A stretch of DNA of 64,000 nucleotides from Bilabrum cf. latius (lineage: Eukaryota), in assembly GCA_965178125.1 (NCBI GenBank), contig OZ237760.1, positions 434,001-498,000 of the forward strand. Direction: 5' to 3'. A program made the translations under genes and the position numbers. Below the pieces are notes generated by a model. The model saw only the letters and a program-made list of their open reading frames with translations. It did not search any database and was not told the origin of the DNA. Shown here in pieces: positions 37,207-48,717 of the stretch; positions within the stretch are counted from its first letter, which is position 1, and each line of letters opens with the position of its first letter.

Positions 37207-40200
37207 ATGTCTGGGGTATCATCAGATATGCTAGCAAGTGTTGTTGGTGCCTTGAGGACTTTGTCAGAGAGTTAGCCTACTGAAGATTCGTTAGCTCGAG
37301 CAAGCCAACTGCTCGGGGATGCAAAAGCATCGCCACAAGCATTACCACTCGCGAGCATACTGCTTCAGCCCGGTAAAGTCCCACGAGATGTTACAACGCG
37401 GGCGGTGCTGTTTGGTCTGCAGATTTTGTCTTCATAGGTGCGGGCTAAACGGAGAGGCCCCCCAATGACTGGGATGTAGCGCCTATTGCTTGGATTTGTC
37501 CGGAACCTTCCTAGGGAACTGTCAGGGTGTCCTTCAGCAATTCGTAATCGTGCTGCCATGGTACTGGGGCAGCTGGCGGTGCGAGAGTACCCGTAGCAAT
37601 GGCCCGAACTCATGGATGTTTTGAAGCAGATGCTCTCGTCTGGTGCGCCAACATACGAATACGTTTCGTCCATGGTGTTGTAGACACTGTCAGAGCAGGC
37701 AGCGAGGTGAGCGTGCACGCGAGACTGCAATTTCGCGCCAGTGAATATTGTTGCCATGAGCGCTTGAGATGCCTGCTCGATTAAGTTGTGCTAGTTCACT
37801 TGCTCATCTGTTGTGCGCCCGCAAGGACCCCCTATGCTTGTCATCGCAGCGCGGATTTTAACGGGAGCATTCCAGCCAGGCGACGAAGCGAGATTTTGAA
37901 AGGGCTAGACGGCTGCATGAAGGAGCTCGGTGCCATGCTTCTCAAGCGTACCCGTGCTGCCTTCGAGAGGTGCAAAGACACGCCCAAGGACAACAGTCCG
38001 CACGCCGAGCTCTGTGCTCAGCTGACAGCGACTATTTCGTCTATGGTAACGTGGCTCTCCGGCCCCTTGCTGCGCCCCATGGCGCTGGACCGAGTGCTCC
38101 CACTGCTGTGCCGCATCGATGGAGCACAGACCTCGTGCGCTGCTGCCGAGTGTCTCGTGCAGTTGGCTGGACGCTCTTACAAAGCAGCGGAAGATACTGA
38201 TCTGCTTTTAGGTGCCATGTACGCGTGCATGATGGCTGCACAGCAGGGGAGGGCGGTGTCAGCGGGTAAGCCGCTATTTGGCGCAGGACAGCGGGGAGCG
38301 AGTGCGCCTCCAGCCGTGCTTAGCTTCCTGGGAGACGCGTGTGCCGAGCCTGCGCGCCCCGATTTCTTTGCCAGGCACTCCATCCACGCTCTTTGCTTCC
38401 TATGCACTCGACAGGCAGGGCAGCTGGTGCAGATTGCCACCGGTGCAGCCACCGTCCCAGCCTCTGCCGTCTGCATGCTGCGATCTATCGCCGGCAGAGA
38501 CGCAGCTAGCGCCCCGCCTGCAGCTGTGGGCGCCATGGCTGTCGCCTCTGTTCTCCGTGCGCTTCTGGCCGTCCTAGAGCATCCCTGCCAGACCTTCGCG
38601 AGCCTTGCACCTCAGGGAATCGAGGCGATCCTGAGGCAGTGCAGGACAGTGACGTGGAATGACTCAGTGCTGGCCAGACCAGAGTGCCCGGGGCTCAAGC
38701 CCAGGCTACCATCCGCCGTAGCTGCTATCATGCCGCAGGTCTGCAGGGCGCTGGCACGAGTCATGACTAAGGATGTGTCTTTTGCGTACATGTAGGCCAA
38801 CCCGATGGGCGGCGGAGACACGCCCCAGCCACCGCCCGAGACCACGTGCACGTTCTTGCACGGGCAGGTGGACGGGCTGGGAGAGTACCAGCAGGCCCTG
38901 TCCACGATCAGGTCGCACGCGGGGCGTCTGCTGCAGGTGTGCGGGGCCAGCAGCCCAGCGAGCGCCACCCAGGCCCTGACTGCGCTGGCCAATCACCTTG
39001 CGGTGCCCCTCTCGCAGACGAAGCCGAACGACGGCCTAGAGTTGGCAGCTGGCGGGGGTAGGTTCGCATCCAAGGCGTCCTCCTCCTACGTGGCGCTTGA
39101 GGCAGCCACTTTGGCCACGCAGCACCTGGCGAGTGGGCTGCCAGCAGAGGCAGTCAAGCCGGGAAGCCCACTCCTGCCTGCACTAGGCGCTGTCGCCGAG
39201 GCGTGGTGCGAGAGGGTGAAATCGCCCGACCCGCGGCTTGATGGACAGTGCATGAAGGGCGCGGTGTCTCTATGGAGAGTCACCATGCATAACCGGAAGC
39301 TATTGCAGTCGCTCATCGGCAGGCTGTTTGCAGCAGCAGGGGCCCAGGTGCACCCTGCAGAGAGCGCATCGGGCGGTATCGAATCGGCCCCCTCGGATCG
39401 GAGGCACTCCGCCTGCAACGGACTGGCGAGACTCGGTCGAAAGCTTCCCGCAGTGCTGGTAGGCTTGTTACCGGAGCTAGCCAAGCGCTCGAAAGCGCTG
39501 ATCGAGTCTGGCGTGCTCCCTAGTACTTGCGACACGCTGGTTCTCGAGATGCTCGTGTCGGTTAGCAATGCCGACCCGGACAGCGGGAGGCGCGTCAAGT
39601 TTTTATCCGACGTGTTGCAGCTGCACCTTGGATTTCTCGGGTCAAAACAGGTAGCAGAGGCGCTGAGCAGCCCGCAAGCGATGCTCCGGTTCGTTGGTTT
39701 GCTGCTTCCTGCCGGTACCACGCCCCCACCCCTGCCTGCCGGTGCGCCTGCCTCTGCAGCTGGCACATCTTCTGGCCGGCGCGACTTCTTCTTGCGGTTG
39801 TTCTTCACGCTTTGGACCGTCGGCCGCCGGTCGTTGCCCAAAGGCGACTCCCCGCCCCCCTTTTCGAGCCACTGGCGCGTGGTGCTGCTGGCGGCCATGC
39901 GCACGATCAGCGCTATCCATGGCATGTTTGCCCCAAAAGCGCAAGAGGTGCTGCTGTCGCACCCCGTTGGGCGCTTTGTGCTTGCAATGCCAGGGGAAGA
40001 GGTGCGCATGCTGCTGGGCAACGACTCGGACGACGTGGAGGCACCGGAGCCAGGCACCAAGGAGCACCAGGCCTGGGATGTGGCAGTGTGGGTTAGCCGA
40101 GTGCTGTGGAACAGCCAGGCGCTCTTTGGGCTGGCTGCTGCCCACGGCAGGTTTGGTCTGTTTTCAACGGGAGGGATGCAGGCACTCAAGGCGCACTGGG

Positions 40201-41645
40201 AGCACGTGCTGGGCGCGTCAGCGGCTAGGGTGCCGCCGCTGCGCGTGGTGCGGCTGACAATCAGGAACGTGGTGCTTCCCATTGTCAGGCACTGCCCGCC
40301 GGGCGACAGGAAAATGCTGCTGGGGCGGTTGGGTCCGTTTCTGGAGGGGGTCGTGGAGAGACTCGACGAGGCGGCCAAGCTGAGATCGGGGGCAGCGGCC
40401 GTGGCGGGCGGCACCGCCAGGCGGGGGCCTGGTCTACCTTCAACGGTCGGCCCCGGCGGGTTCAAAGGGGAGGCCATAGGCAGCATGCCATCCTCGGGTC
40501 CGGGATCAGCCAGCGACCCGGCTCACGTCAGGGTGCCTCCGCCGGTGCCACCGGAGACCGCAGATGCGCTCCGAGACAAGGTGCTGCTCGAGACGGGGAA
40601 GGCCATCGTAGACGTCTTCTATACGGTGAGCGGCGCGCAGCACAGACTAGAGGCCATGACAGCGGCAGCGCTTGCAGGGAAGAGAAGCAAGAGTGCGGCC
40701 AGCGGGGCTGGCAGCGGGGCTGGCGGTCCACTGCCCGACAAGGTGGCTATCTGGCGTCTCAAGCCTCTGCAGGGGCCCGGAGAGGGCAAGAGCATGGGAC
40801 CCAATTCTCTGGGGAATCTGGGGGCGGATGCAGCTGGGCTGCGGCGGTCGGTAATGTTCGAGGTTGCTACCACGCGTGGACCTATGCTGCGGGCGGGTCT
40901 AGCCGCGCTGGAAGGCACGTGGACCACGGCACTATCGGCCAAGCGGGCCTGCGAGGCTTGGACCCTGATGCTGCCAGATGCAGTGAAGGTTCCGCCTTCG
41001 CATGCGCTCGTAGCTGGCCGGCTGTTCTCTCAAATAGTCAAGGCTCTCGTGGTGGGCAAGCCATGGGTGCAGCCGCTCGAGTCAGACCTTATTGCGCTGG
41101 TGACGGACATATATGTCAGGTTTGTGCTGCCAGGATCGCCAGCCGACCGGGCCGTCTAGCTAGCTGCTATCGTCAACACGACAGCTGTAGATGCAGCGAC
41201 CAAGGGCGGTTCTCCGCCAGGAGCAGGACCACGACCGGACGGAGCTGCGGCAGGTGGGGCAGCCGGCGGGCCCAAGCCCCCAATATCTGACCTACCGAGG
41301 AGGTTTCTGTGTTCCCTTGGAGGGGTGCCGGCCGAGCAAGTTCGCAGACTGGAAGCGGAGCTAGTACCCACCTCCAAGGCCAAGTCAGTGAGAAAGCGGC
41401 TGCGGGACTTCTTGCAGAACGTGGCGGCATTCGCAGTGCCACCCGAAGCAGCCGGCGCGTCGGGAGGTCTCGTACGACCGGCGGCCAAGGAAGTGGCAGA
41501 CCTGCAGGCCCCTGTGCCCCGGTGGCAGGAGTAGGCCGAGAGGGAGAAGCAGAAGCAGGATCTGGAGCAGCAGGAGAGAGATGCTGCCATCGACACGTAC
41601 AGGTCCGTCCTGGGATCGCAGCAGGACGATGACGATGACTTGTAA
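37207..41645 (+). CDS. XPO5: Exportin-5-like karyopherin (HEAT repeats)
   Basis: Exons 37207-37706 and 37850-41645. LFGLQIL, REYP-TAG-QWPEL (XPO5 REWPQHWPDM), IPARRRSEILKGL, RRHSAC. Eight TAG; ends ...DDDDDL-TAA. Confidence 0.8.
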
Positions 41646-41995
41646 TGGGGCGGGAAGATGATCGGATGGATGGAGAGGGCGGGGGCGCTTGGTGAGTTGA
41701 GGTTGAGGTTGCCCAAATAACATGGAGCGATTGAATAGACGGCACCCGGACACGACCCAATGGCGACAGCAAATTGTCGGTTTCTTCCACAGCGACCTTG
41801 GCACTCTAGGGGCCTAGCAAGCAAAAAATCGACTCCGAACCCCTGCTTCCTGTACTCTGGATTTCGCCTTGTTCAACTCTCCACCGCGCGCAGAGCTGCG
41901 GTGCGGCGGGTTCAGCCAAGCGGCTAGTCTGCCACAATACCTTGCGCCCAACTCACCCTTTTCTTCTTCATCTACCTTCTTCTGGGACTGCCAGA

Positions 41996-44820
41996 CTACG
42001 TGGTATCCACTGTGCCGGTGGACAAGTTGCCGGTGCCTGCACTCGCTGCCCCAGCACCGTTATGTGACCCATCGGCACCACTGTTTGCTATCGCGGCACC
42101 GACAGGGTCGTGCACTTGCTCGTGCACCGCTGCTGCCAGTGCTGCAGCCCGCCCCATGGAGTCGTTCGATCCGAGCGCAGGCAAAGCGATCGGCTCCCCA
42201 CTGATCTCGAGCAAAGGTTCCTCATCCGAAAATGGTGCCGCAGCAACATGCCCATTGGAATCACCAGTCGATTGCCCGCTCCACTCGCTAGGCAGCACCT
42301 CCCCTGCCCCTGCGACAGCACTGGAGCTCGCTCCATCCACTAGGCCAGCCTGCCCCTCTGCATGGGGATCAGCAGGCAAGCTCGCAGTCATACCTGTGGG
42401 CGCGGCAGCGTCGGGCTCCGCATCAGTGTAGTACCTGCCCTGGTCTGTCCCGAAGAGGAAGTCCAGCAGGTGCGCATTGGCACCCTTGAAATCGGACCTG
42501 TTCAGTGCCAGGGCCAGAGCCATGGCGGCCGCAAACATGATGCAGTCTCCGAACGGGAGCCTAGAGACCCATCCTCGCCGCTCCAGCCACTGGAACACAA
42601 CCTCCACGCCCTTGGGCATGCAGTACAGCATCAGCTCGCTCACGCGCTTGTCCGACTCGAGCATGAGCGGCAGACCGGATAGCATGGCAGCCACGCCGCA
42701 GTGCCACCACGCGTCCTTGCCCCTGGCCTGCCGCAGGGCACATATCGTCAGCTTGACCACGGTCACGTACAGAGTCAAGAATCCAGTGGACCGCGCAATG
42801 GCAGCCGACGTCCGTAGCACGACTCGCACCGGATCCTTCATCAGCAGCTTGGTCCGGAAGAGCAGCAGAGGAATGAGGTGCACAGGTGCATACACCCTGA
42901 AGCTCTTCTGGATCAGACCGGGGATCTCCTTCAGATTGCCGGCAACGCAAGACTCACCGCGGTGCCACGCCACATCGCACGGCCGGAAGAACTGGGGCCC
43001 CACTTGCACCCCGGGCAGGATATCCACGGGCCAGGCTCCTCCCCGCAGCGCGTGCTGCACGCGGCCCGCCGCCCCGCATCCGCAGGGCACTCTGTGGGCC
43101 GGGTCCGCCCCTCGGTCGATCTCGTTCAGCACGCTCTCCGCCACGCCTCGGTCAAGCAGTGCCTGCCTGGCCGCAGTGGACATTGGCGCGATGGCATGCG
43201 TCTGCCTCGTGACTTTAAAGCCGGGACGGGGGTTGGAATCGTCCACGCGCAGGCCAGAGACAGTGGGATCCGCAATAGGCCGGCACGGCTTCGGGCGCCC
43301 AGTGTCACTAAACACGGCTGACTGCGGGGCAAATGCGTGCGGGGACGGCTAGGGCTGCCCCACAGGGCCAGCAGAAGAGGCGTGCTACTGCACTCGAGCC
43401 AAGCCGATCGCCCCGAGCAGCTCCAGCCAGCTGCTGGGAAAGAAACCGCGGGGGCTGCCGGACGAGCCCTTGCTGGCTATCGCAGCGCTTCCAGTGGACT
43501 GATGCTACGTTGCAGGTGTGGGCTGAGCGGCTGCATCCAGTCGAGACTCAGCAGCTGCTTTGCCCGCCGAATACGCCAGCCCGTACCTCCTAGATACCGT
43601 GCTTGAGTCGACCCTGCAGTGCGGTGCATCCGCGGATTGGATCCCTTTCTGGGCCATCCACGCCGTTCCACTGGCAGACTTGGCGGCCGCCCCCACGTTC
43701 AGCTGGATGCCGCTTTTGGCGCCCCGCCGCTGCGACGTCCCGGGGGCTGCTGCCCGGGCTGCCGCTGCATTGTCGCCTGCCCTCGCACTCGACTGGGTCC
43801 CCGCCGGGTTCGATCTTGCCGCAGGGGGCAGCGAGGGCCCCGAGTCCGTGTACTGGTTGACCCCGCTGTGGTAGTCCAGCGGGACATCGTCGCCATCGTC
43901 ACCGGCAATGGCAGCGGCATGGACCGAAGAGTAGTCCGATTGCTCACTCGCATCATTCACCGAGCCTGCCCCCGCCTGCTTCTCGGTCGCATTCGCTGCT
44001 GCAGGCGTGCCAGTACCTATAGGGTGCCTTTGCTGAGATAAAGCCATCGGGTGGGGGAGGGCAGCGGGCGGCGCTGCCGTGTGCGCCGCCACAGCGGATG
44101 CGATTCCAATCGCATCGCTGATGCCCCTTAGGTCCAGGCCCATGGCCGGCTCCACGATGGTCCAGTCGATCGCGTGCCGGTCGAGGTTTGCCATGTTCAG
44201 CAGCCAGCGGAGGTACCCTTGGTCCAGCAGGGTGCGGTCTCCCCAGATGAGGGCGGTGAGGATGGGCACGTTTGCGATCCCGAACAGCAGGTGGGCGAAG
44301 TAGGGCACCCGCGTGATGTACTGGCGCCGCATGAGCGTGTGCAGCGCGGCGTAAATGGAGCGAACTAGGATGTAGAGAGCGATGGATTGGCGCCGACTGG
44401 GCGTGTCCACCAGCAGAGCCAGGGCCCCAAGTGCCCCGGCTCCTGCGCTCGTCCACCTGTCATCCTTCTTGCGCAGGTGCACAAGGGCAGCGCGACCTAG
44501 CGAGGACAGCAAGACCATCCCGCCGATGAACACAGCAAATCTCAAAGAATCCTTCGACAGTAACGCCCTCACGGCTGCTCTGGATCTACCCTTTCGAAGA
44601 AGCGTGATCACGCATTCTAGAGAAGCCTTCACGGCGTAGGTTGCAGCACTCGCTTTGAGAGCTCGAAGTAAGCCGTCAACTGCGAGTCGCTGAGGTTGCG
44701 GCAGCCCAGAGCGCAATCGTCTTTCTAAATAGTCACTTCTGCCAGCTCGTAGCTGCTGGCTAGCGATCCTTGCCGCCTTCTCGCTCTAGTTCCTGATGGG
44801 GCTCGGTGGCCCTCTTGCAT
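41996..44820 (-). CDS. TMEM135: TMEM135-like multipass membrane protein; 3' end unresolved
   Basis: ORFs 44725, 43505 and 41996 are in one frame joined by TAG. Duplicated TM modules (SLRFAVFIGG...RRQSIALY; SFRVYAPVHLIP...RSTGFL...RVSELMLY). Start taken as ATG 44820. Confidence 0.75.
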
Positions 44821-45231
44821 CTTCTGGAGCAACACCTGGGTGACTGGGTTTTCCCCGGGAAGCCCGGCGATTTGGCCTATTGAACTGGCTATTGTCCCTG
44901 TTGGGACTGAGTAAAGCCGAGAATACACGCTCCATAGATATCCCGATCGAATCCTTAGTGTGGTCACGCCTTCATGTAGCGTACCATTGGCATTTTACTC
45001 GATTTGTTGCAAATTACCGGACCCTACCGATTCGAATTCTTGATTTTTATCACTGAATCGAGAAAGGAACCCACAACTTTCTCAACTGGGAGGGAATCCA
45101 GGCAAAAAGGTGAACCCCAGCCGTGCGGAACCAATGACAGTTTGCGCCGGCGGCGCGGCGCCTCGGGAGACCAACAGCAATCGAGCTGCAGAAAAAGCAG
45201 CGCAGCGCACGCAGGGTGTCGCTAGTCCGGC

Positions 45232-47214
45232 ATGGCGGCTAACATGTCTAGGGCATGGACATTTATGGCTACGCAACGGGCCATTGCCGCTCAGGAGTAC
45301 GAGCTGGAATCGGGATCGAAGGTATCTATTCCATCCCTACTACCGACGAATTGCGCAGAGAAAGATAAGGCGCCTCCGGGCAACCAGGTCTGGAGGATAT
45401 TTAAAGGGACCCACGAAACGATGCTTGCTGTTGTACCTGAAGATTTCCTGACTGTAGGATGTAGATTGCGTGCTTCGATTCTAGGGTCAGCGGCCGACCG
45501 CCCTGAGCTTGGCATGTTTGCTGGAACGGAGCTGAAGCTGTGCCCCACGGAGGAAAATCTAGGAAAAGACAAGCTGATTAAAGCCGTGGGCGTATCGTAG
45601 TTCCCGATCGCAAGCAAGCCACGCGCAAGCGTGTGTGCGGGTCTCGCAGCACACCCTGACTACCCGACTGGCTACGCAGGCAGCGGCAGAGGCGGCGATC
45701 TCGAGGAAGCAGCCCGTCGAACAAACTTGTCAACAATTATTGAGCTCCCGGTCGAAGGTGGCTCGAAGCCCCACCCGATCTCCGCCTCGGACGCGCTGTA
45801 CATGGGCGCATCGACAGCGCTGCGTGGGCCGGGCCCGGAGTATCCCTGGCTGCCAGACCCCGTCTCTCTTCCCATCGTGGCCGTGTGCAAGCCAGCTAAG
45901 ACGTCTTGGGTCTCTCGCGAGAGTCGGAGTCGAGAGACCGGGCTGCGCCCCACGGCAGACGCCGAGCTGAGGCGGGCGTGCTACTCGATGTGCAGGTCGG
46001 CTCTGGCCCGGGCCCACGACCTGCTGGTGGTGGGCAGGGGGTTCGCGGCGCAGCAGGGCCGGGGCGTGCCTCCTCTTGCCATGGCAAGGGCGCTGAGGCA
46101 GGTGGTCGCAACCTACTTTCCGGGCTGTTTCCGACTGGTCGTGGCGGCGGTGGAGCCCACTGCTGCGGCGCTGGAGAAGCTGCAGAGAGCCGGGTGGGGC
46201 AAGGGGTTCCGTGCGGGAGAGGCCGCAGCGGGCCATAGCTACGCCACCAGACCCGCTGGTACCCTTTCCTCCCGAGGCAGCGCACCCTACACGGATGAAT
46301 TGGGGGAGGGGCGTGAGGGGGACAGGCTGGGGGGCAGCACGGCAGGGGGCAGCACCGCCTCGATGGACAGGCTAGACAGGCTGGATCAGGCTAGGAGGAG
46401 CGCATCGACGGCCTCGGAGCGGAGCGCGGGCGCTGCTTCGATCATTTCGTCGTCATCCGTCCCTGCTGCTGGTGGTGCGGGGGAACAGCACCACGCCCAT
46501 GAAGCGGGGCACGCCTCCATGGCCCGCAGCCCGGGCAGGACCGCGCCCGCCGCTGTGCTCGCCGCGCTGGCGGGGTCGCCCCACAGCGCCATGGGCAGCG
46601 GTGTGAGCAGTGCACTGGGCTCGCACAGCCCCGCGGCCCCCAGCTGGGACCCTCAGTCCCCCGAGGATAGAAGGCTCGTAGAGACGGACCCATACCTGGC
46701 CTTTAGGCACGTGTGGCTGGGCTCGGCTGCCTTCGTGCCTGCCCCTGGAGCGACCGGAGCTGGTATTGCAGGGAGCATGGCTGGCTGGGGGCTGGGCCTG
46801 GGCCTGGGGGGAGGTGCGGGTGCAGGCGCTGGGACTGGCACGGTTGGGGGCAGCGGCAGCAGCAGCAGAGCACTGTCTCCGGCTGGGGCAGAGGGTGATG
46901 GGCGGGGGGGCTTCAGGGGTGGGTACGTGCCCCCCAGCATGGGGTCGCCTTCGGGGTCCTAGTTTGGGGAGTTGCCCTTGGCGACGGCTGGGGATGCAAT
47001 GCCAGCGGGGGGGATGAAGAGATAGGAGGGGGTGGGTGCATCCAGGGGGGAGAGGGGCCTGAGCCTGTCGCTGGTGTCGTCACCCTCGGAGGGGCGGGAG
47101 GGGCGGTCCAGCGGCGGTGGCGGTGGCAGCGGGGCTGGGATTGGGGCTGGACGGCGAGTGGAAGAGGTGGACCTCCTGGGCCTGGACGAGGGCGAGGACG
47201 AGCCCGTGCTGTGA
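45232..47214 (+). CDS. Divergent microbial-type PARG / TIGR02452-like macrodomain protein with low-complexity tail
   Basis: ORFs 45232, 45631 and 47032 joined by 3 TAG; ends TGA. PTGYAGSGRGGDLEEAARRTNL and HDLLVVG...PPLAMARALRQVV...FPGCFRLVVAAV resemble the family signature regions. Confidence 0.6.
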
Positions 47215-47663
47215 GGGGGGCAGCTTGACCCTACTACTCTTGGAAAAGGGGCCGGGCACTCGACCGGCGATAGCAAGCGGGGTATGGATGTGTCATGGAT
47301 GCGCGCACTCGGCTCGGTGCACGGACACACGCCTGGCCATGAGCCGTGATGCAAGCAGCAGCTGGCTCAGTGAGACCAGCTGACGCATGCATGCACGCGG
47401 CTCGTGGCTCGGCGGTGGTGGACCGTTCGTCCGTTGTCGATTGCGCGCCTCGATCGTGACCCCCGCCGCTTGCTCTTGCCTGCCCTGCCCCATCCATTCG
47501 ACGCGCAGCAAATTATTTCCAGAGTGCAACACTGTGTAAGCCTCTACGTATGTATGCTCGTCTCAAGATAGTTGCAATTTAAGTGCGAAATCTTTCTCCA
47601 GTAGACTCGGGTTGCCCAACCTGCGCTGGAGCCTGTGCATGCATCACCATGCAGTGCAACCAA

Positions 47664-48524
47664 TCACTGCCTAGACTCGGCCGATTCGGATGCGCTCGCC
47701 CCGGCATCCCCCGCTGCAGCTGCCGTCTGGGCAGCAGTCGCACTCCCAGACGTGGTCTTGGGGACCTCGCCAGCATTCGCGATCTGAACGGGGATGACCG
47801 GCTTCAGGTCGATGCAGAACATGCTGGATATCTCCTGGATCACGTCCATGCCCTCAACCACGCGGCCAAACACGACGTGCTTCCCGTCGAGGTGAGGCTG
47901 GGGTGCAGCCGAGACGAAAAAGACGCTAGAGTTGGAGTCTACTCCCGAGTTGCACATGCTCAGAGTGCCCGGCACTGTGTGCCGGCCAACGAAATTCTCG
48001 TCCTCGAAAAATCGGTCCTCTAAAGCAGACCAGCCCTGTCTTCCATCCCCCTCCAGGAAGTCGCCGCCTTGCAACCCGAACCCGGGCCGCACGCAGTGGA
48101 ACGAGCTTCCCTTGTAGCCGCGCCCAACTGGCGCTTCGCATAATCTCACAAAGTTCTCCGCTGTTCGCGGGCAAATATCGTCCTGCATGAAGGTAATACA
48201 TACCGAAATGGAACCAACGTATACAGCTAGCCATTGGATAAGCACCAAACCGGTCATCGCTTTAGTTTGTGGTCTCACGGCAAGCTCGAACACTACCCTC
48301 TTTGGGTCGCTTGACTGATCTCCTATCCGAATATCAAAGTAGGCCTGTCGCCTAGGTTTATCATGCAATGGGATTTCTGGATACGGGGCTACCTGTGGCT
48401 GCTCTACAGCATCCAATCTTTTCTGCTCGAGCGCACGGAAGTACCAACCACGGTTCTTTGCTCGCCTGGCGCCTCGCATGAGCCCACCTAGACGACCAAC
48501 GCATTGATTTCGAATTGACGCCAT
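47664..48524 (-). CDS. Cyclophilin-type PPIase domain protein with Arg-rich N-terminal extension
   Basis: YFDIRIG, PRTAENF, YKGSSFH, QGGDF, FEDENF, PGTLSM, HLDGKHVVFG. In-frame 96-nt intron 48278-48183 (GTGAG...TGCAG); ends TGA. Confidence 0.93.
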   Translation of the reverse strand: MASIRNQCVGRLGGLMRGARRAKNRGWYFRALEQKRLDAVEQPQVAPYPEIPLHDKPRRQAYFDIRIGDQSSDPKRVVFELAVRPQTKAMTGLVLIQWLAVYVGSISVCITFMQDDICPRTAENFVRLCEAPVGRGYKGSSFHCVRPGFGLQGGDFLEGDGRQGWSALEDRFFEDENFVGRHTVPGTLSMCNSGVDSNSSVFFVSAAPQPHLDGKHVVFGRVVEGMDVIQEISSMFCIDLKPVIPVQIANAGEVPKTTSGSATAAQTAAAAGDAGASASESAESRQ

Positions 48525-48717
48525 ACTGCACAATGCCAGTCCTCCAACTATGCCGTTAGCGAGCTCACAAGCGGCAGCCGGTCAGAGGCTGGCCTAGCGA
48601 ACTTCGTTGAACCTTCACAAGAACTCATCAGAAAGGCTTCGAGTCGTCGCGAGTGCTCCGCTCTCGCTGCGATTCACAGACGGCAAAAATGCGAACGAAC
48701 GAATGAATTAAATAAGC

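Noticed and set aside
39086-40486. Long antisense ORFs (also 6363..7190, 14437..15330, 53319..54476, 60126..61517)
   Set aside because: Shadow frames of GC-rich real genes, with no domain signatures.
47340-47660. TGCATG-rich tracts and TGTAA as 3'-end signals
   Set aside because: Seen in several 3' regions but too short and inconsistent to support without enrichment statistics.
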